Of a stretch of 32,000 nt of DNA, positions 26,977 to 32,000 are shown piece by piece. Position 1 is the stretch's first letter, and every line of letters starts with the position of its first letter. Origin of the DNA: a bacterium (GTDB taxonomy: Bacteria; UBP7; UBA6624). The notes under the pieces were generated by a model that was given only the letters and a program-made list of their open reading frames with translations, was not told where the DNA came from and searched no databases. The stretch is from contig PBAU01000002.1 of the NCBI GenBank assembly GCA_002716355.1, forward strand, positions 60,001-92,000, read 5' to 3'. The position numbers were made by a program, and so were the translations under genes.

Positions 26977-29705
26977 TCAACCCACAAAAAGCTTTTATAG
27001 TCTCTCATACACATTGGGACAGAGAGTGGTACAGAACCTATCATGATTTCAAAGTCGATCTTTCAAATGTGGTTAGAGAAGTCTTAGATTTACTTGAAGG
27101 TGCAAATGATTTCAATCATTTTGTTTTGGACGGACAAACAATTATTTTGAGAGATTATCTTTCGCTTTTCCCAGAAGATGCACCTCGTATAAAAAAACTA
27201 GTTCAAAAAGGCAAGTTGTCACTAGGTCCTTGGTACATTCTTCCAGATGAGTTTTTAATTAGCTCTGAATCAACCATACGCAATTTGTTGCTTGGCTTCG
27301 CAACAGCTGAAGATTTCGGTGGTGTTCAGCGTGTTGGTTATATGCCTGATTCCTTTGGGCATGTTGCTCAGGTACCGCAAATATTGAAAAATATTGGTAT
27401 AGATTCATTTATTTATACACGTGGCTCAGGTCCAGAGATTGAGGACCTGGGTTTTGAGTATTTTTGGGAAGCCCCAGATGGCAGCAAGGTTCTTGCTGTC
27501 AATCAATGCAATGGTTATTGCAATGCTGCTGGACTTGGGCTCCATGAGATATGGCATGCCCACACAAATCGTAATGTTGATTTAGACCTGGCCTCCAAGC
27601 AGGTCAAAGATCTTTTTTCTAAAATGTCTGAATTGTCAAACTCCCCAATATTTTTATTGAATAATGGTTGTGATCATTTTCCACCACAAAAAGATTTTGA
27701 TGCAATTCTTGAAAAAATCAAATTAGATTTTCCTGAAACGAGTTTTGAGCATTCCGGATTTGATGCTTTTGTCAAGGAGCTTTATAAACATTCAGGATCT
27801 TTCAAAACCCACAAGGGAGAGTTGTTGTCAGGTTACCACCACTTCATTCTTTCTGGAGTGTGGTCTGCTCGAACTTACCTCAAGCAAATTAATGACAATG
27901 CGCAAACATGGCTATCTGGAATCCTGGAGCCCTTAGCTTCTCATTATCATTTTTCACTTTCAAAAACATATCCATCTGAACACATTTTTAATTCGTGGAA
28001 AAAGCTGTTAGAAAATCACCCACATGATTCGATATGCGGATGCAGCACAGATGAGGTTCATAGCGAAATGATCCCCAGGTTTAGAGCAGTTACAGAAACT
28101 TCGGAATCGGTTCTGCAAAAGATAATGAGCGAGATAACCCCCACTTTTGCAAGAGAGGAGAAAAATGATGAGCAAACATGTTTCACTGTGTTTAACGCAC
28201 TACCTGAAAAAAGAGAATGTGTGATCAATAGGCTGATCGTTTTGCAACCTTTTGAAGGGGATATTGAGGATTGGGTTCTTGTTGACTCCACCGGTGAGCA
28301 AATACCATTTCACATAACGGAAATATCTCATTTTGAAAGGTTTTGGGCGATTGACTATCGAAGAGAGAGCGACAATCACAAAAACATTAAACGTCTTCAC
28401 CTTTATCAAGATAAGTTCAAGCATAGGGTTGCTAGCAGCTCAAAACAAAAAGATGAATTCGACACATTTTTTAATATTCAATTTGTTGACACCTTACCTT
28501 CCGTGGGGCATAAGTTGTATTTCCTTAAAAGGGAAACACACCAGAAGAAAGCTGAGCAGAAGCTACAAATCGGTGTTGATTTTCTAGAAAATGATTTTTT
28601 AAAGGTTTCGATAAACGCTAATGGAACAATTAACATCCTCAACAAAGAAACACAGAAGAGCCATGAGGGTTTAAATATCCTAGAAAGCTCTGGGGATAAG
28701 GGGGATGAATATGACTATAGCCTATGTGGTAGCAGTCAAACCGTAACATCAGCAGAGACATCTGCTTCTATTGATATTGTTGAGGCGACCCCATATAAAG
28801 GCTCTTTGAGAATTAATTTTGATTTGAATTTGCCCAAGTCGATCGATGAGATCAGGCAAAACAGATCAAGCGAAACAGAAAAATGCAATGTTAAGATTGA
28901 TGTTTCACTGGAGCACCTTGAGCCCTACGTAAGGATTAAGACAAAATTCAATAACCAGGTAGAAGACCACAGATTGCGTGCAGGTTTCCCAATGCCTAAT
29001 TCAAACAGTGTTTTTTCAGATGGCCATTTCTATATCAATAAAAGACCTTCTGAGTTTCCTGTAGATGATAATTGGACTCAACCACATACAAGGACTTACC
29101 CGCAACAAGATTTTTCTTTTTGCCATGATGGCAAAAATGGATTGGCTGTTTTTTCTAAAGGTTTGCATGAGCTTGAAATCAAAAAAGGAACTCTTTGGTT
29201 GACTTTATTGAGGGCTGTTGGTTGGCTTTCTAGGGATGATTTTGAATCCAGAAAAAATAATAATGCGGGACCGACAATCTACACTCCTGACGCTCAGTGC
29301 AAAGGTGAAAATGCTTACGAGTATGCTCTTTATCCTTTTTCGGGAGATTGGGTTAAGTCCAAAGTTAAACATTGGGCCACAAGGTACAAAACAGATTTAA
29401 AGTCAATGCAGGGAGTTGTAGACGGGGCAATAAGCGACGATTGGCTTTTAGAAAAAAAGAATGATGCGGTTGCCATAACGGCAATTAAGAAACATGAATC
29501 TCGCAACACATTGGTTGTGAGAATGTTTAACCTCACCGATGAGGATGTTCTAGAAAAAATATCAACATCTAAACAAATCAAAACATGCTGGAAATTGAAT
29601 CTCATCGAATCCAGACAAAGCCAAATCAAGCATCAATTAAATGCTTTTCAGGTTACATTAAAAGCACATGAGATCGGCACTTTTGAGGTTGAGTTTGAAT
29701 CATGA
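26973..29705 (+). CDS. GH38 alpha-mannosidase, MngB (mannosylglycerate hydrolase)-like
   Basis: Matches E. coli MngB by eye along its full length: SHTHWDREWY, LDGQTIILRDYL, GPWYILPDEF, GYMPDSFGH, NHPHDSICGCSTDEVH, SGDKGDEYDYS, EDHRLRAGFP, LTLLRAVGWLSRDD. Confidence 0.92.
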   Translation: MINPQKAFIVSHTHWDREWYRTYHDFKVDLSNVVREVLDLLEGANDFNHFVLDGQTIILRDYLSLFPEDAPRIKKLVQKGKLSLGPWYILPDEFLISSESTIRNLLLGFATAEDFGGVQRVGYMPDSFGHVAQVPQILKNIGIDSFIYTRGSGPEIEDLGFEYFWEAPDGSKVLAVNQCNGYCNAAGLGLHEIWHAHTNRNVDLDLASKQVKDLFSKMSELSNSPIFLLNNGCDHFPPQKDFDAILEKIKLDFPETSFEHSGFDAFVKELYKHSGSFKTHKGELLSGYHHFILSGVWSARTYLKQINDNAQTWLSGILEPLASHYHFSLSKTYPSEHIFNSWKKLLENHPHDSICGCSTDEVHSEMIPRFRAVTETSESVLQKIMSEITPTFAREEKNDEQTCFTVFNALPEKRECVINRLIVLQPFEGDIEDWVLVDSTGEQIPFHITEISHFERFWAIDYRRESDNHKNIKRLHLYQDKFKHRVASSSKQKDEFDTFFNIQFVDTLPSVGHKLYFLKRETHQKKAEQKLQIGVDFLENDFLKVSINANGTINILNKETQKSHEGLNILESSGDKGDEYDYSLCGSSQTVTSAETSASIDIVEATPYKGSLRINFDLNLPKSIDEIRQNRSSETEKCNVKIDVSLEHLEPYVRIKTKFNNQVEDHRLRAGFPMPNSNSVFSDGHFYINKRPSEFPVDDNWTQPHTRTYPQQDFSFCHDGKNGLAVFSKGLHELEIKKGTLWLTLLRAVGWLSRDDFESRKNNNAGPTIYTPDAQCKGENAYEYALYPFSGDWVKSKVKHWATRYKTDLKSMQGVVDGAISDDWLLEKKNDAVAITAIKKHESRNTLVVRMFNLTDEDVLEKISTSKQIKTCWKLNLIESRQSQIKHQLNAFQVTLKAHEIGTFEVEFES

Positions 29706-31345
29706 AGATTAAATTTCCTATTTTTTTAATTTTCATTTTGGCAATGGGCCCACAAAAGGGAATAGTGGTTGCCGATAACCAGATTGCTGTTGATATCGGT
29801 TCTCAAATATTGAAAGAAGGGAATGCTTTTGATGCTGCTGTTACAACAGCTTTGATTTTAGGAATTACACACCCTCACAGTAGTGGCATTGGAGGAGGAG
29901 GTTTTGTTGTTTTTAAAAATGACAATGCAATTGGCTCTCTCGATTTTCGTGAAATGGCTCCTTCAAGCTTCTATCCAGAAGTGTTTATTGATGGTAGAAA
30001 TTCAAGATTAGGGGCATGGTCTGTCGGTGTTCCAGGAGAGCTTGCCGGTCTGTTTGAATTGCACAAAGGGCGTGGGGCTCTTCCATGGAGCGAAGTTGTT
30101 AAACCAGCAACAAGATTAGCGGAAGAGGGTTTTGTTGTCGGGCCCGTTCTTGCTGCTGCAATTAAATCCAATTTTGATTCAATTCTTAGCGACCCAGGCC
30201 TCAGCGTTATTTTTGCACCTGGTGGAAACATGCTAAAAGAGGGTGATCTTTGCCAACGACCCAATCTTGCAAAAACATTAAAAAAGCTTGAATTAGGTTT
30301 AGCGGATTTTTACAGTTGGGACACTGCTGAGAGGTCTGTTGTTTTTTTAAATTCCAAAGGTGGTGATTTTGGTTTGTATGATTTTGAATCTTATGAAACA
30401 AAATACAGAAAACCTGTTTCTGGATCTTTTCGTGATTTTGATATATACAGCATGCCCCCACCATCTTCTGGAGGTATCGCCATTGTGCAGATGCTCGGCA
30501 TATTTGAAGCTTCAGGATTATTTTTTGACAGAAGCTTAAATGCAACCAGATCTTTCCTTCATGCTATGACACATGCATTTGCAGATAGAGCTGCATATGG
30601 TGGCGATCCTGATTTTTCAGAAATTCCAATGGACAGACTTTTGGACTCTAGCTTGCACGCAACTCTATCTGTTTGGTCTCCTGAAAAGGGGCCTCAGCCC
30701 ACAATTGAAGCAGGGCTCGCTTCCATTAAGGGCGATTTGCCCATTGTCAATCAGGCTGACGATGACGGTACGACTCATTTCTCAATACTAGATAAATTTG
30801 GGAATGCCGTTTCTCTCACTTCAACCATCAACTTAGCTTTTGGATCCAAAATGATGGATCCGCAAACAGGTATTATCTTTAATAACGAAATGGATGATTT
30901 TGCAGCAAGGCCAGGTGTTCCGAATGCATTTGGTTTGATCCAGGGTGCAGCAAATGCTCCGAATGCAAAAAAAAGACCATTATCATCAATGTCACCAACG
31001 ATAGTTGTAAGCAACGGACAGGTCTATCTGGCCTTAGGCGCTTCTGGTGGCCCTAGGATTATCACCGGAACAATACAAACATTATTAACGATACTCGATG
31101 GCGGCTTAAGCCCTCAAGATGCACTCAGCCTTCCTAGACTTCACCACCAATGGCTTCCAGAAACAGTATGGCATGAACAGGGATTTGAGCCGATGGTTTT
31201 AGCAGAGTTGCAATCGGAAGGTTTTTTATTTAAGGTTGGATCAAGCGGTGTTGTGCAGGTTGCAATGTTTCAAGATGGAGAATTTAAAGGCGCTGCAGAT
31301 CCCAGGAAGGGTGCTGAAGTGAATATTTCAATTGTGCATGAATGA
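29702..31345 (+). CDS. ggt: gamma-glutamyltranspeptidase
   Basis: Signal peptide. SGIGGGGF. Autoprocessing/nucleophile site DDDGTTHFSILD. PSSGG, NNEMDDF, PLSSMSPT and GASGGPRI are also present. Confidence 0.92.
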   Translation: MKIKFPIFLIFILAMGPQKGIVVADNQIAVDIGSQILKEGNAFDAAVTTALILGITHPHSSGIGGGGFVVFKNDNAIGSLDFREMAPSSFYPEVFIDGRNSRLGAWSVGVPGELAGLFELHKGRGALPWSEVVKPATRLAEEGFVVGPVLAAAIKSNFDSILSDPGLSVIFAPGGNMLKEGDLCQRPNLAKTLKKLELGLADFYSWDTAERSVVFLNSKGGDFGLYDFESYETKYRKPVSGSFRDFDIYSMPPPSSGGIAIVQMLGIFEASGLFFDRSLNATRSFLHAMTHAFADRAAYGGDPDFSEIPMDRLLDSSLHATLSVWSPEKGPQPTIEAGLASIKGDLPIVNQADDDGTTHFSILDKFGNAVSLTSTINLAFGSKMMDPQTGIIFNNEMDDFAARPGVPNAFGLIQGAANAPNAKKRPLSSMSPTIVVSNGQVYLALGASGGPRIITGTIQTLLTILDGGLSPQDALSLPRLHHQWLPETVWHEQGFEPMVLAELQSEGFLFKVGSSGVVQVAMFQDGEFKGAADPRKGAEVNISIVHE

Positions 31346-31883
31346 TGTTAAGCCAACAATATTAGAGTTTTCCATAGGCTCCTTTTTTTCTGGATATAGA
31401 AAAATTGCTTGGGTCGATTCAATCTCTTATTCCACTATCAAAAAAATCAAGTGGCCCAAATGTAGAGATTGCTATTCTTCAATATGCAAGGATTGCTTTT
31501 CTAAAATCAGATTCCATTTCCACAAACGGCTTCATCGTTTTTACGCAAATAAAACCCCGCAAAATCCCGATAACTGGTTTCAATATGGTCACTCACCGTT
31601 TTCAAAAAAGCATCTTGAGGAAATTTCTCAAGATGCACTGTACCCCAACTATCTTCCTTGTTTGCTAAATCACCCTAGCGGGATTTTGCCTCGAAAAAAA
31701 GTTTGGATATATTTCTGGAAAGAGATGGACAGACTAGATATATGGAATTGGCAGAAATCATATCGCCAAATCGAACCTAATGACGGGCTTGAATGGGAAT
31801 TGAAAATCAAAAGGGCAGGCAGGAGGCATAGGCGAATCGTCGGGGGCAAGAGAGATACCCTAAAGGCTTTAACCAGTTTGTAA
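31338..31883 (+). CDS. hypothetical basic Trp/Lys/Cys/His-rich protein (about 181 aa)
   Basis: This is the only long open frame on either strand here. All three minus frames have multiple stops. The track start at 31332 is a TTG. The ATG at 31338 overlaps the ggt stop (ATGAATGA). No family recognised and the composition is unusual. Confidence 0.35.
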   Translation: MNDVKPTILEFSIGSFFSGYRKIAWVDSISYSTIKKIKWPKCRDCYSSICKDCFSKIRFHFHKRLHRFYANKTPQNPDNWFQYGHSPFSKKHLEEISQDALYPNYLPCLLNHPSGILPRKKVWIYFWKEMDRLDIWNWQKSYRQIEPNDGLEWELKIKRAGRRHRRIVGGKRDTLKALTSL

Positions 31884-31923
31884 AGATTATGGAAGGTCTA
31901 GCTTACACCCAACTTTGGCAATC

Positions 31924-32000
31924 ATGATCATTTTCCTTATCTCCCAAATGTTTTTTTACACTCAGCCAGAAGAGGTAAATGTCATGTCTTTCAATATCAG
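31924..32000 (+). CDS. 5' fragment of an ORF running off the window, possibly endonuclease/exonuclease/phosphatase (EEP) family
   Basis: ATG at 31924 gives MIIFLISQMFFYTQPEEVNVMSFNI.. A hydrophobic N-terminus followed by VMSFNI resembles the first EEP motif. The fragment is too short to be confident. Confidence 0.25.
   Translation, partial: MIIFLISQMFFYTQPEEVNVMSFNI

Noticed and set aside
31405-31668. An 87-aa alternative-frame plus-strand ORF, and a 55-codon minus-strand open stretch (31510-31674) with protein-like composition.
   Set aside because: Both are nested in the longer 31338-31883 frame. The minus stretch has no Met and is flanked by stops in every minus frame, so I cannot support it as a gene or pseudogene without homology data.
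1-32000. Search for CRISPR arrays, tRNA/rRNA genes, transposases, integrases and terminal inverted repeats.
   Set aside because: No non-coding stretch is longer than 88 nt. There are no regularly spaced direct repeats. No ORF carries DDE, tyrosine- or serine-recombinase motifs. The region looks like core or accessory chromosome rather than a mobile island.

Overview
This is an AT-rich, very gene-dense bacterial chromosomal window with about 29 CDS. The longest non-coding gap is 88 bp. I found no rRNA, tRNA, CRISPR array, transposase or integrase. The AmpD-like amidase, the many lipobox lipoproteins and the ECF sigma module suggest a Gram-negative organism, but I cannot assign a taxon.

Gene content from left to right:
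- A large orphan protein that may start upstream of the window.
- An AmpD-like amidase.
- An APC permease fused to tandem Usp domains, plus a coupled lipoprotein.
- On the minus strand, an ECF sigma / anti-sigma / LolA-RseB-like module, preceded by a beta-propeller-like lipoprotein and hutI.
- An M32 carboxypeptidase.
- On the minus strand, an M24 peptidase, an acidic 168-aa ORF and hutU.
- A roughly 15.5-kb run of co-directional plus-strand genes: a PhoU-domain protein fused to an OmpR/PhoB-type winged-helix domain, pstS, pstC, pstA, two pstB paralogues, canonical phoU, an HDAC-family deacetylase, a CBM9-like secreted protein, a sodium:solute symporter, GH130, an MngB-type GH38, gamma-glutamyltranspeptidase and an odd basic Trp-rich ORF. 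A PI-PLC-like phosphodiesterase sits immediately 5' of this run.

The best candidate for an undescribed system is the phosphate locus at 15.6-22.3 kb. It has three unusual properties:
- A PhoU domain is fused directly to a PhoB-type DNA-binding domain, with no receiver domain.
- The two PstB paralogues carry complementary motif degeneracy. PstB1 has lost the Q-loop Gln and the H-loop His, and PstB2 has LSLEQ in place of the LSGGQ signature. This predicts one consensus and one degenerate ATP site.
- No histidine kinase or receiver domain is encoded anywhere in the window.

Together these suggest a kinase-independent route in which PhoU is wired straight to DNA. All functional calls rest on motif recognition by eye and need HMM or BLAST confirmation.
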